In this document: positions 1 through 14,500 of the stretch, piece after piece | Numbering within the stretch: the stretch's first letter is position 1 | Layout: every line of letters starts with the position of its first letter | NCBI GenBank assembly: GCA_030141605.1 | Contig: JAQGDQ010000038.1 | Span: 186,001 to 250,000, forward strand | DNA length: 64,000 bases | Source of the DNA: Tubiluchus corallicola | Lineage: Eukaryota; Animalia; Priapulida | Reading direction: 5' to 3' | Program-made: the position numbers and the translations under genes | Notes under the pieces: generated by a model | What the model was told of the DNA's origin: nothing | The model's input: the letters and a program-made list of their open reading frames with translations, nothing else | Databases searched by the model: none

Positions 1-720
1 TTGAGTTTTTCTGTAGAAATTATGCTACAGTGTTATGTTGCAATCTGAAATAGAAAATGCATGAATTCCATTTGTGCTTCAGAAAGTGCTGCAAAGTTTT
101 AGTTTTACTTTTTATTTACTAGATGATCTTAATTATACAGTATTTACAGTATTTTTTACATTTGGTTAGTACCAGTTTAAGATATTTTAAAAGAACAAGA
201 TGTTATAACAGCAAATACACAGTACAAGAGGGCATTTGCATGAAACTTATCATGCCATGTATGAAAATTTAGGAAGCAACACTAACGCCAAGTCAAAAAT
301 AAGTTTTCTAAAATGCAAATAATTATTATATATGCACTATGTAATAGAATAAATACTATATACTTTAACTGTTGTTTTTTCAACCAAGTTGTTTTGTACA
401 ATAAACAAATTTACCTAAATTTGGTAGCATGTTTTTATAAGCTAAAAGCAGTGGTTTCATTCTCAACAAAGTCTAACAGAAGAAAAATAGTTACCTTAGT
501 AATGGTTCTTCAACTTAAACTATGTTAAATACAATTCAATTACATTTTTGTCTACTGCATCTGTTATTTTTCCCTAGCATTACGAACAAACAGGGCTTGC
601 TAAGTCTGGTCTTTGCCCTTTGGGTAGATAGGCCAGTAAACGATATAGGAAAGTTACTTTGATGAGAGATTAATAAATTAATAAATTAGAAAATGGCTCA
701 ACACAGATTATTACAATTAC

Positions 721-3700
721 CTTTTTGAAGTGTCTGACAATAATGCCAAGAGCATGTTTCTTCATATCAGTTGCTTGAATACGATCAGCAGCTTCCAAAA
801 TCTAAACATAATAAAAATTTAACAAAATGAAAAATTCATTTAAGTAGGTCTAGTAACCTAATGTTCGGCATTTCCTTGCAATAAAACTGTTAAACACCAG
901 CATCACATGTAAGTCCTGTGCAGAAATTATGAAAAACTTGAGACAAAACCAAAAATGCAAGAAGAATACAATGAGAATAAGTAAACAGATTTAAACAAAT
1001 TTTACTTTCAGCAGTGTTTAAGCTGATATTGGAGTGCGCTGATTTGTTATCTTGAAAAAAATCGACAGACCACTCAATCTTAAGGCTAAGGGAAGCGTAC
1101 CACTTTCCTTGGCCAATCTTCTCAAAACTTCAGAAACAAAACACTCACATGAGCTAATAAAGGAAGTGCTAGTCTAGTCTGCCTCGGAACGGTACTACTT
1201 TGCCACTTAACTAATTCTTTTTCTAGGTTCTCAGTACTCTTGAAACAGAGAGAAATGCAAAATATTAAGTTATCAGTTACAATGTTTAGCGCTTGACAAA
1301 CCTGAACAACATTTTCAAAGGTGACGTTACGCTCAAGGTTTTGTTTGCAATATGCCTGCAATCGATTATTAGCAAAGCCGTAGAAGTATGGTGCAGAAAA
1401 CAGATACAGTGAGTCCTCTGGTGGCATAGACACGTCACCGGAGTAAATATATCGCAGAAGTGAGTCGAACGACTGTTTTGATGGTATCATCTCTCCAATG
1501 GTAATCTATATATTATAATTATTATTACTTCAGACTATATTATTATTATTATTATTACTTTTATTATTATTACTAATTGTAAAAAAGAAAAGACTTTACA
1601 GGTCAAAAAGCACACAGCAATGCCAGTATAATTTTAAACGTTTACTGAGGTTGCATTTAGTGTGATTCTGTGATTGGCCAGGCATTGTAGATATTTTCCC
1701 CCTGTCCACGTTTTATACATGAACTTATACATTAATTAGTCTACATCAAGTGTTTTGACTTTGGTGTAGCAAATAATGTATTTTTTCACTAGATTCAAGA
1801 AGGACATAAGGCAGTATCAGATGGCCAAATAAGACAAAAAATAGGGGCAGTTTTCATTTGCTGTTGGATCAGAAGGAAATTCCTGAAACTTTTTCATTAA
1901 TAAATTCATTAAATGGTTTGGCACAAGCTGCATTCAGCCATATCAAAATCTTGCAGAAAACTTAGATGACAAAATTAGCAGCAGTTGAAAACACATTTAC
2001 TGCTTTGCTAATTGACAGGTTGCAGCTTGCAAGAAATAGAATGACAATATTTTTAAATTAACTCCCAACATTTCTGCACATTTTCCAAAACACTACATAC
2101 TACATGCTAGAAATCAGTAATTGGTCATTGAACGACAATTTCTATAGTAAGTGAGAAGGGATAATGGTTAAAACAGATTGCAGTTTCATAGGATTTTATT
2201 AATTTACCTACTAACCAACAAGTAATCACCAGTCAACAAACTAAAATGCAGGTGAAATGTGGATTTCAGTTAACTGCATAAATGTGCAAAACCCAAAGGT
2301 GCAGCTGATACTTGCCACAACTTTTCCATCTTCTGGCATAAATGAACGAAACATAGCTTCAAAATAGCTGCAGCGCGCAGCTAGGATAGGTTTATGAGCC
2401 GGTATGGGTGTGCCGTCCAACATTAAAGTGATATCGCAGAATTCCTTTCCTGATGATCGTAGAAAATTAGTCATATCTGATTCCAGTGATGAACCTTAAG
2501 AAAAGAAATTTTTGGTACAAAATGCAAATTTAACACAACTGCAAAATGTCTACTCATTTCATGCTGTACTGGTTAAACATGAAACTGCCAACTACAAACC
2601 ACTATAAACAAAAAACATAGGTAGTAAACATAGCTAAACGTCATATTTAGTATTGATAACTTTTAAACCGCTAGTGTATTAGCAGATAATTTTTACTGTC
2701 ATTAAAATAGTAATAGGTAAAAAACCCATAGGTTTTTCAGTCAACCAAAAACTTTGCTGCTGTAACATATAGAGCAGGCGAGTCTTGCTCTCTTATTCAG
2801 ATTTCGTTTAACTGAATAAATAGCAAATAAACAGATTATACATTATGTTGTCTGAAACTTTGAATAAATGGTGAATCAAAAAAGATTTATTTTTTATCAG
2901 TAAGTGATATCCCACGAAAACTATTTACAAGACAGGTATCGGTTTCTACAGAAAGTATTGGAGTATAAAATGATGTGAATCTAATGCATCACTGATGTTT
3001 GAATTTCATTGCATGTTGAAAGTTTCATAAAAATTAACAATATTTGCCCACCTTGGTGTGAAGAGACTAGTTCAAAAGTTGGTTCCAAGAGTAGTCGAGC
3101 TGCAGGCATTTGCTTTCGTCGTATGATCTCCACCATAAGTGCTTGCTCCAAAGTTTCAAATTCTTTGCTCATAATAATGTGATTGTAGTTAATATCTTTG
3201 ACTATGAACCGTAAACAAAACTCCTACAATGATAAAGTAGGCAGGTTCAACAATACTTCTTAAAGCATATAGTACAAATTATTTAGAACTTTTTAGTTAT
3301 ATTTTTAAAAACTAACTTCGCGTTTCCTGAAGTGTGTGTTTAAAAAACAACAATGCCATGTAACACAAATAAAAGTGTCGAGTCACACCTTTATAAAATC
3401 CAGCTTCAATCTGGAAGCATTCTTGAGTGCAACTAGAACATTCCGCAATCCAATAGAAGACTCCAAGTACTGCACGCATAAATGCTCCAAATGCGACATA
3501 TGAAACTAAAAGAAACAAAAAAACAGTAAACCTATAAACACAAATACTAGTTTCTTTTTGGACAAACAGATGGATGCACAGAAAAAGTTGTGCTGTTATA
3601 TTACGGATTATTAATAACGCGTACCTGCAGTGACAGCCTATACACATCCATCATCATTAAAATCACTTTGTTGCTGCCTGCCTCCAAATCTGTAAATATT

Positions 3701-6700
3701 CAATAAAAATAAATTTTGAAACAACTATGTCTAGTTGCATTAAAACGTACGTACAAAATGCCTACACACAATACAGAAAAATCAGCTCAGTTGTATTCAA
3801 CATGCAAAAACTAGAAACAATTACATAATTTCAGCTGTTTACTTAACAACAACAATAATTTGACAAGTCATAGTAATAAAAGCAAGTACAAAACAATATG
3901 ATGAAAATTTTAAACTACAAATCCATTGTGTTGTTTTGGAGTTGCATAAACAAAGTTAAACTTGAAAGTCACAATTTCTCGAACTTTATTAGGCCAAACC
4001 AACTCTGCTACATTAATTTCTGATAATAAAAATGAAAAACTTTCTATAATATGTAAAAACACCATTGATAAATACAAATCAAGAACTGAATACAACATAC
4101 TTTTTTTGGTTGGATCAATCCTATCAGTGTAAATGTAAGATAAAATTAGTTCAAACGCTTCTGGTTCCGCATCCTGTAGCAACACTTGTAACTTTTTCTT
4201 TGATTTTTTCACATGTTCGCCAACATCAGTTGTCTATAGATTCACATTATGTAAACCACAGAAAAACAAAGTCATGTTTTAAGACAAGGACTCTGCAATA
4301 AATACTCATCAACAAAAACAGTTTTGTAATAAATTTTGCTACTAGAGAAAACAATGTCAGGCGACAGAAAATAGATTTGCTTTGTGTAAAATGTTCTTTA
4401 TTGTGCACTAAAACTGGGTATTAGTACACATACATTTCTAAAAAAAAATCCTGAGATTCGTCAAAACAATATCACATGATCAATCATCGTATGATTTTTA
4501 CAGAATGCGAAGTTCATGCTCAAGTGAAGGCGCGTAACAATGGTCACCAGCAGCACTATAAAACATTATTATTCATTGGCAAATAGAATAAAAACCACAA
4601 AAATGTACTTGGCCAAAATCTAAAACAATAATGACAGTCGGATGACTGCTACTATCATTACCTGATCTCTAGTTGCAGTTCTGTCTCGCGCTTGTCTTAT
4701 TTTCTGTCGCAACCACTGTGATCGTGCTGCTACCATGGCAATGTGAGCAGATATGACAACTTGGTCCTTCCCCACTAGAAAATCAACATCACAGAGCTGA
4801 CGGGTATCGAGCAGTTTGCCGTAATCGTCATGTAGTGTACATTTTGGATAACTGGAAAACTGATAAAAAAGAGATGTAAGAATTATATAAGTTTGTATGT
4901 ATGTTAGTCATTCAAAATTAAAAGCAAAGAATGTTTGATTTATTTGGTTACCTGAGATAAAAAATCGTACACTTAAAACAGCATACTTAGAACACAAACC
5001 ATGTAAATTGTGACTCTGAATTTAAAATCACTTGTCACAGTACAACGCAAATATTTCTGAAATGTCACATTCCTTTAAATGGATGAAAATCGACATACCT
5101 GAAAACGGTACAATTCGCCACTCCGTACATTGTTATCGACAGTTCCGCCAAAAATATACATGGCATCCCCCACAACAGCAGCAGTGTGAAAGAGACGACC
5201 AGAAGGAATCTGACTGTCGGAGGAAGGATGAACTACCAGCCACGTTTGACAATCAAGGTCAAAACTGAAACAATGCAAAACACAGTATATGACAGCTTCC
5301 CTGAGAGTGTTCTAAACAGTTGCCTGTATTTTAACTAACACAGTCTCTGCAGGCCTTCAAGTGATAAAGAAGCAAATCTACAATCACGAAAATGTATCTG
5401 AATCTATCCATGTGAAAGTAAGAATGAATACACAGTTACAAATAAGGCAGAGTACCAATGTAAGAATTGCATCACCCTAACCTGCTTGAAAAAAATAAAA
5501 CATTATCATTTGAATTGCAACTGAAAACAAACAAATCATATATAGATGATAATACTGACGATAAAAATATTTATGCTCGATCAATGCAATAAGCTGCCCA
5601 TTATGTTGAGTGATGCTTATTCAGAACACATGTGTGTACTATATGCAAACAATGCAAAATGGAGTTTGTCACTTTGAGTGTCAAAAAATGTTGACTGTTG
5701 TAAAATATTTGCAAGTGTAAATGAATATATATCAGTAGTATAACAAAAATGCTCTAAAGTCTACTTTAAGCCCAATAAAACTGATTAAAACTAAGCTTTC
5801 AAATTTCAAAAAACATGGCACTGAAAATGAAAATCTGGGTCAAATTTACCCTATTTTAATTTTCAGTACCATAACGAAGGAATTTTAAAATCTGACTGAT
5901 TTTTATTAAAGAATTTTACTGGGTCTTGCAACAGACTTTACAGTACTGTTAAATTCAAATGGCTAAACCCAGTGACTATACATATATTTTTGAAAGTATA
6001 CATAGTCAAACTCTAAAGTGACATGCATTTCTTAAACTCTTTAGCTGAAACTGAAAAACATAAAATCTTACCAGTGCAACTCATTTGGTAAACTGTTGTC
6101 TGCTGTTCCCCCAAAAACATACAAATGTCGATCATAAGCGACCATTGTATGCCCATAGCGTCGGGTTGGAGCTGGTGGTGTACCACGTAAAATGTGATCT
6201 GTGGAAATTCTGCTCCACCTATGAAGCAAAATAAGCAATACATACAGTCAAACCTCTTTATACCGCCTACTTTGGAACTGCAAAAAAGTTAGCATCACAG
6301 CGAGTTTGACATTGCAACAACATGGATACACATTTATCAATGCAAATATAGACATTTTGTTTTGCCACAGATTAGACGAGGTTGGCATTATGAAAAGGGG
6401 CATTACAACAAGGTTTGACTGTATAAGCAAATTAGGCAAAATGTGCTACAACTTTACAGAAATGTCTAGAAAAATGCTTAAAATAAAGGTGAAAATATGT
6501 TTCAAACAACTAGCATGTAAACAAACCCAGTTTTATGCCATAACTTTAACATAAACAATCCTATCCTGCTGCTCAAGAAAACCACTCCTATCTAGCACAT
6601 TGCACAAGTGTCAACCAAAATTATAAAAAAATTATGACAACACTTGATACGCGATGCACGATTTTAAAAAAGTTATTTAAAAATTACGTTCGAGATTTGA

Positions 6701-9336
6701 AGTGAAACTGGAAAAGACTATTCGTTATTTTGGCTCCACTCTGTCCAGAGAAGACAAACATGCTGTCACGGGCCACTGCTACAGGAAAATTGCAGCACGT
6801 TGGGGGACTGTCACCAGACTGATGAATCTGAAAATAATCATTTAGGTTAAGTACTAAAATCTATATCTTTTTCTCCCATTTATTTGCTGCAGAAAAACAA
6901 GGCAGGATAAAAATACAGCTGTTTTTGCTAAATCAATGCATTTTTCAAATAGCCAAAATGGCAGACCTTGAAATATACACCTAGTATGCATAACCTTACA
7001 TCTAGTGTGCATAATCTTACAACTATTAGCATTCATGTTACAAGTAGTGCGGCATAAACTTAAACTCCGACAAGGCTGCATAGAGAAAACAACTTGCATC
7101 GTCTCATCAGCAAATTTACTAAAATAATCTTTCAGGTTACTACTACATGCTGGAATGGTGAAACACGTGCATGATGTTTGGAATTTTCCAATCGTGTGAA
7201 CCATGTTTTTTTAATAACTTAAATTTTCTTTTTTACAAACCAGAAGCAGTCGATCAAGTAAGAACGTTGCTGGCGAAATGAAATATATTAGCCGTTCAGT
7301 AAGATGATACAAATTCAGTTTTGAAACCTTGGTAGCATAAATAACTTCTAGAATCGAAAACACTATATAACTTCAATAAATCAGAACAAAATTAGTAAAT
7401 GTCACAAATAGCCTGCGCCATGAAAACAAAAATTTCCTTAGAAATTAAAAGCAACTGAGCCCTATTAGTTACAAAGCGCACATAATTTTCTCTTAATGAA
7501 CAAAACATTAAAAATAACATATTCATAGCTTCAAATTATTTTCACATTAAAACTGTAGAGAAGTTGCTTGTTTAAAACTCATCAAGCATTCTGACATACA
7601 TACTAATTAGTGCTCATAACATGAAATGCACAAAGCACGCCTACCTCCTCCCAAGTGTTATGAGAGCCAGTAAGCGAGATTCTCCACATATCATTTAACC
7701 GAGCATTGCCATCATAGCCTGCGAAAATCCACAAATGATTGTCGTAGACAGCAGCACCATGGGCTGAACGAGCTACTGGTAATCTCTGCCTAAAATATAA
7801 AAGTGCAGACTATTAATGAAAAAATAATCATTATAAAAAACAAGAACACTTACACTACACTAACGCATAATGCTTTACATTTACATATAATCTTACTTTG
7901 GGTCTAATTTCCACTCAACCCATTGGCCCGTCGTAAATCTGTATTCGAAGAGATCGTTTTTGTTTGTCAGATTAGAATTTGAATGTATATCACCAGTATA
8001 ACCTCCTGAAAATTGAAAAAATTAATTGCTGCACTTTTGCTGCAACTGTTTGCTTATACGAAGAAATCACTAAATCAGATTTATTTATTTGTATTAGTCA
8101 TAATTTTTCGTCCACTTTGGCAGAAACATACTATAAATCACACGATACTTCATACAGAAAATACTTCATTGAATGGCATGAATACTTGTACCGGCTGCTT
8201 CTACCTCCTCTTAGGGAAAATCTTAAACAATGTGATGCAAAGTGCAAAAGAGATGTATTGAAACATTCCATTTGAAAGATTCAATTTACACTTACCAAAT
8301 ATGAACATGCTATTTTCGTGTACTACTGCTGAATGATGATAACGAGGTGCAGGTGGGATACCGGTGGTGAATGCTCGGCACCATGACTTATCCTTTACAC
8401 CAAATCGAAGTAAATCATTCAACATATTTTTGCCATTATCTCCACCAAAAACATACATTGCCTCCTTGTAAGGTACTATTGTATGTTTGCTGCGTCTGAA
8501 AGAAGTACAGTAATTAAGTGTAAATTAGTGTCACTTACCATCACATATCAATGAAAAAAATTGATATTCAGTCTACTGTACACAGCATTTATAGAGATGT
8601 GTTTCTTACATATTGTGACAAACAGTATAATATATTGGGATATGGGATATTGACAAGTATAAACGACAGCAAGTAAATTTGATTAATGTCTAAGACTATG
8701 ATTTGCAAGTAGCTAATTCACTTCAAAAACTACATGGTTGCAACATCACATGTTTTAATGAATGCGTGTCTACAATTTTTGACTTTGATATACAATTTTA
8801 CAAGTGGAAATGGACATCTGACCCTATTTCTCAAATTAAGGCGATTTTACAAAATTTAAAAAGCTGAAAGCTGTAATAACATATAAAAAAATTGGCAGCG
8901 ATCACGTTTGCAATGCGATGTTGTGAATGCACAAAGAAACAAAAGTATACTAAAGGCTACTTCTAGCGTGGGACCCCCTGAGGTGCAACACCCAATTAGG
9001 AGAAATTGGTCCAAATGTGCAAAGGCCTTCCATGAAGAAAAGCATGGTTTCACTGCAACAAAATATTATCTAACCTTATGGTTAATACCACCACTTATGA
9101 TTATGGTCACAAACACACAAACTGCAAATGCTATAATACCTGATTTAAAAATGACAAAAACAAAGAAATAAATTAATACTGCATACATACCTTGTTCCCA
9201 CGAATTCATCGCATAATTCTGGCATACGCCTCCAACTGTGGACAGTTTCAAATGGACCAAAATCGAGGGTGAGACATTCTGCATTCTCATGCCAATTGTG
9301 GTCAAATTCTACTCCTGGAGCTACAGCAGCTGCCAT
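721..9336 (-). CDS. LZTR1: Leucine zipper-like transcriptional regulator 1 (Kelch repeats plus two BTB-BACK domains); 15 coding exons seen, terminal exon not found in the window
   Basis: Exons: 9336-9191, 8495-8296, 8005-7897, 7789-7645, 6827-6688, 6218-6072, 5264-5099, 4859-4662, 4233-4101, 3689-3625, 3505-3389, 3223-3052, 2494-2316, 1505-1302, 801-721, with compatible phases. Motifs: [140 protein letters not shown]. Introns are GT-AG except one probable GC-AG. Confidence 0.96.
1512..1572. repeat. Imperfect (ATT)n microsatellite at the LZTR1 intron 13 acceptor
   Basis: Runs of attattatt broken by actt/cagact, next to the AG at 1506-1507. Confidence 0.85.
6245..6421. mobile_element. Tc1/mariner/pogo-type MITE (177 bp) in an LZTR1 intron
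   Basis: TA|CAGTCAAACCT...AGGTTTGACTG|TA: 11-bp perfect terminal inverted repeat (extends imperfectly) with TA on both sides. Confidence 0.8.
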
Positions 9337-9984
9337 CACAACTTTGTTTTTTTTTTGTATAACTACATTTACCTAATTTCAAAGATTTAGAAATGTTAGT
9401 TAAATGACTCAACAGTCATATCATTAATGCCAAGATTTATGATTAGAAAGTACAGTGCACGTTGTGTATGCTCACTACACGTATACACAATTTATAAGTG
9501 AAAAATATTCCTAAATGTAGTTATTTAGTTGATTTTCTTGGTATACTTGACTAGTTCATGGAACTTTAAGGCACCTTATGGGCAAAGCTGCATTGCACTG
9601 AGAATTATCACTTGAAAGTCACTTTTGGGAGCAACTACGAAAGGATCCTTTGCTATATTATGTAATATAATACCATTTTGCCATCTCATTTTCATGTACT
9701 TACAGTTGCTCAAAAATAAATTTTACCAAGTTTAAATTGCAGGTGGTACACTGCGAGGTAGTAAATGGAAAGGCGGTTCAAGACTAGGTCACATACAGGG
9801 ATGACCAGCAAGCACCGAACCCACGTAGCGTTTTGTTTAATCGTACTTGCAGTCACAGCTTAGAGACTGGAACTAAGAGATGGATGCCAAGAAAAATGAA
9901 AACACTAACCGGTTTGCGGAAAACATGTAAACAGGATGAATCTCATATCTTTATGTAGATATGAATTGTTATACATTGTTTACC

Positions 9985-10130
9985 AGAGCTGCCAGGCAGG
10001 CCCCAATTTGCATCAGTACAAGAAAGGTTGTTTTAAATATTCATTTGCACCATGTTCAATCATCCAGTGGAATAATCGACATTTACATATTGTGCAAATC
10101 TCAGACACAGTAAAGTTTAGAGCAGCTGCA
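9985..10130 (+). mobile_element. Short degenerate LINE ORF2 C-terminal remnant
   Basis: CFKYSFAPCSIIQWN resembles the YKYSFFPRTIxxWN motif near the end of non-LTR RT ORFs. Confidence 0.5.
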
Positions 10131-10463
10131 ATAATATCTCGGTTACAAAAACGGACAATCTGCAAGTTCTATCTTTGAAATCACAAACAAAGCGGTACAC
10201 AGCGAGGCGGCAGATGGTGCTATGGTAAAGAACTAGGTGATACATGCATGCCAAGAAGGTAAGACGGCAGACCGCGAGGCGATACATGGCACCGCGATAC
10301 GTGATGAACGTCCCAAGTTGCAGACAAGAAACCCCTGCAAATCTTTGGTTCAGAGTTTAACTACTTTCAAGTTTTTTGTTCTGTTTATCCATTACTCTAC
10401 ATGTGTGATGGGAACAGTCAAAGGTGAAAAGCTAACTGAGATGACCCAGAACCTAAAACCTAG

Positions 10464-10635
10464 AAGAGTTCTAGAAATGAAAAATGATGCAGAAATATTA
10501 GGTTCTAGAAATTAAAAGAGAAGCAAGAAAAGGGTTCCAGGATTAAAAGAGTTGCAGAAAAAAAAGAGTTCTAGGAAGTTCCCGCTTAGGGAGTTATAGA
10601 TTTAAGAGTTCCAAAATTAAGAGTTCCAGAAATCT
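10464..10635. repeat. Degenerate array of about 8 GAGTTCYAGAAA-like motifs
   Basis: aagagttctagaaa, ggttctagaaa, gggttccagga, gagttgcagaaa, gagttctagga, gagttatagat, gagttccaaaa, gagttccagaaa at irregular spacing. Confidence 0.6.
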
Positions 10636-12064
10636 AGCTAAAGGCAAGCAAACTAGCCAGGAGCAGAAAAATAAATTGGACTGAATCAGCAAATATAAAG
10701 TTTAATTGAAAACGAGTTGAAGATTTAAAATCAGTTAGGGTTATTCAAGATCTTATGTAAAAAGTGAAAAAAAGAGACTAGATCAAAGTTTTGCTCATTT
10801 TTAATTAATGGTAAAACTGGAATGTAGTTTGTACACAACACAGAATTGGCATGAAAATTGCAACTGCTTAATCTCACTGGAACCTGAACTCTGGCATTGT
10901 CTGGCCAATTGTAATTAATAAAGAAGATTTCTTCAACTGGAAACAAGAACAGTTCTTGATGCCTGTGAATTTCAGTGATTAATAATATTTGTATATCATA
11001 GCAAAGCAAATAAAATAAAGTGTTTAAACTTAGTTCACTTGTTGTATTTAGTTTCTATTTGAGTTACAAATAGCCTCAAGATAATACCAAAGCTGAATGC
11101 AACATTTTTGATACATAATAAAATAAAGCTAGTTGCAGAACTCAGTGATAGGTGGCACCTCAACTTAATCATATCTCTTAAGCTGAGCCATGCCACACTA
11201 TATTAGTACTTATAAATAAGCCAGAAAAGCCGGCCTGTTCAAGCTTAAGAAGTATGAAGTAGCGTTTGAAGTTACGTAATATTAAAAAAATGTATCGTGC
11301 ATGCTAAATGGGCCAGCCCAAGTAGCGTGTGTGGTACATACGCTGCATCAGATACCACACTGGTGCACTGCGCAATACTTGGGAGCTCAATCATTTTCAA
11401 CAAGAGTCAGACTTATGTAAAATACAATAATAATGTCAAGAACACCTAGCAATAGTTATTACTGTAATAATATTTTAAGATTCTACCTTGCTCTTTGTTT
11501 CTAATACTGCTAATTATTTGTGATTTGATGTTAAGCATTATGCAAATCTGTTTTACTTGTGTTTTTAAATGATGTGTCATTTGCTAGATCTAGAATTTGC
11601 TGATGTACTCAGTAATTGATGTATTTGTGCAATAAACTTGAAACTTGATCTGATAGAAATATTTAAAATATATCATGATTACTACAAGACCATCAGAGAA
11701 AAATAATCATGTTACTAGCTCTAGATGCCCCGCTCAAGTTTTTTAAACCGCATGCTTGTACAGATATAAAAACACTTTCGTCACGCATACAGTAGTAGTA
11801 CTAATACCTCCTTTCATAAAATATTTGCTTCCTAAATCATAGCTATCTTGTCCTAGAACAACTTAACACTTAATGAAACTGTCAGCAGTGCTAACAACCA
11901 TAATCCATAATCCAGAGATGGGGGTATTAGCATAAATGCTATTTGCTCCTCCACTATACAGAACTAACTAAAACTGAAATTTTTGAATGTAGTGGCACCA
12001 CCGCAGATAGAGAAAGGTCATGCCATCAGAACATTTTGTTCACCTTGGGGTAACATGGATCTAT

Positions 12065-13410
12065 GAATTTTGATGAATTCTGCTGCCCGTGCTTGTCAAC
12101 ACGTCCCTTAAATTGTTCAATGTTTGTTGCCACAACTACATTTGCTGGAAGCTTGTTCTACAGATCGATAACCTCGATAACCCTGAATGAAAATACTTGT
12201 TGGTGTTTTGACCAAAGTACTGCCCCGAATACGATGTTTCAGTAATTTGTACGAATGACCTCTTGTCTGCTGTTGACATCTTGTAGCATAGTCATCCATG
12301 TGTGTTTTGTCAATACCACGTAGAATTCTAAAAGTTTGTATCACATCCTGGTTATCATATCCTATTAAGGGTGGTTACACCAGTTTCCTGAAGCCTTTGT
12401 GAATAGGTTAGGTTATTATTCCTGGAATCAGCCTGGTCATTCGTCGTTGAGTTTTCTCTACTGCACGGATAGAGTCATGTCTTGATGGATCCCACTCTAC
12501 ATCTGCGCAATCAAGGATGGGTCTGACCAAAGACTTATATAACCTTAGAACCATTGTTTTATCTAGAAGTTGAAAATTGCGCTTGATTAGAGTTAACCTG
12601 TAATGAGCCTTCTGTGTAATGTAAGCGATATGAGGACGGAAGTCAAGGCGGTTGTTTACTATGACACCAAGGTCTGTTTCCTTATCAACTTTGTTAACAT
12701 TTGACACTTGATTACCAGAGCTGATGGCATAGTTAGACTGGGAAACAACTCTACCCACAGTCATTACCTTACATTTCTCCAGGTTCAGGTCCAAATGGCT
12801 TTTGTTACATCGCTGATTTACTGAATTGATATTGTTTTGAAGATTAGCTTGCATTGTTGAGTTAGATGCTATGCCATATATTTTGGTATCATCAACAAAC
12901 AGTTTACTTGCACAGGTGATGTTATTAGGCAAATTGTTGACATAAAGCGCAAATAATAACGGTCAGATGACACTGCCTTGCGGAATGCCAGATGTGATAG
13001 GACTCCATGCAGATTTATTACCATTGACAATTACACATTGTTTCTACCTCTTAGGAATTCACAGATCCATTGCCATACCATGCCTCCAATACCATATGCT
13101 GAAAGTTTCTTCATTAAGCGTGCATGAAGGACTCGGTCGAATGCCTTGAAAAAGTCAAAGTAAACTGCATCCGCTTGGTCACCTGAGTCCAAGATTTCTG
13201 ACCATTCCTCTAATGTTTCTAATAGATTGGTGATACTATACAGGATCTGCCACACCTGAGCCCATGCTGTGCAGGTTGCAAAAAATTGTTCTCTTCTACA
13301 TGTGCATAAACTTCACCACTGATAATGCCTTCCAAGAGTTTACAAATAACTGAAGTAAGACTAACTGATCTATAATTTGTAGCTTGATTTTTTGCACCTT
13401 TTTACTTGGC
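12065..13410 (-). mobile_element. Degenerate CR1-like LINE, RT domain to 3' end, 5'-truncated and frameshifted
   Basis: NYRSVSLTSVICKLLEGII (about 13380-13325), TNLLETLEEW...DAVYFDFFKAFDRV, SGIPQGSV, LFVDDTKIY, ETDLGVIV, LYKSLVRPILD, TRGHSYKL, split over several frames. Confidence 0.9.
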
Positions 13411-14019
13411 TAATTTCCAATAGGCAGCGATGACACTGTCATACGTGCTTTTGCTCATCAACAACGTAGATATTTAAAAAAACGTTTGAAGCTGAATCAT
13501 CATTGATGACAACTGACCAGGAACACCATCAAGTATCAAGTAAAGAAGCCTAACATAATTATTAGAATAAACTCCTACTAAGTACTATTTTCAAAATGCA
13601 AGTATTGGGTGACTCACTATAACTTGGCACCTGGTCTAATCTTTTACTCCTTACGGTTAATAATAAAGTTATAATAATTATAAAGAATTTACAAACTTGT
13701 GCTGTTTTTCGTTTCCTAAGGCCTGCCTATTACAGCAAGACAGCAAATCATATTTTCATGAGGAGGAACACTTGTCAGAAATTTTAAAGAGTTCCCGTAT
13801 TGTAGCCTAGTGTTTTGGGTAAAGACTTGAGATGAGTTTTGGTGATATTATTTACCGCTATATAATAAACAATAGGATTACCCCCTATCTGGAGGACAAT
13901 GATCTGATTGGCGAAGAACAAACAAGCTTTAGAGGTGGATATAGCAGATTATTATTAGGTCATGTGTTTACATTGAAATGCATTACTGACATTAATTAAA
14001 TAGAATTGAGTTTAAGAGA

Positions 14020-14500
14020 TTTTTACAGTTTTCAATTTTTGATTACAAAAAAGCCTTTGATAGTGTGCATCATATCGGTTTATAGCAAGTCATTTAAGTG
14101 AAACTCAATAGGAAGCCCCAAACATTTAATCTTTCTTGATTCAAACGTGACGTTTTGAGCTTGATTAAACAAATGTTTCTGCCAACTTGAATTTCCCACC
14201 ATAATTGAAAACAATACCAACAAAAGTTATTCACAACTTTTAATTGACAGTTACTATAATAAAACTGAGAAACATTCTTAATTATACCCTTGAAAGGTAT
14301 AATTATTTGAATTTTATCTACATTAATTTCAAGCTTAGAGCAACACAATAGTGTAGAGCTGCATTAAGAGCAGCTTGTAACTCGCAAGTTGATTCGGCTA
14401 AAATTAAAGTATTATCAGCGTAAAGAAGTAAATACAGTTTAAGATAGACCTCAATGTCATCATCACTTAAATCCTGTCAAGTAACTTCTTTCAGAAAATT
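14020..14500. mobile_element. Second degenerate LINE RT fragment with segments in opposite orientations
   Basis: Plus strand about 14035-14090 reads FDYKKAFDSV; minus strand about 14460-14300 reads LKLYLLLYADNTLILAES...LEINVDKIQII. Confidence 0.7.

Noticed and set aside
1-60. Terminal LZTR1 exon
   Set aside because: The acceptor at 45-46 gives IAT then stop, and the one at 11-12 gives no recognisable match; the true exon is probably outside the window.
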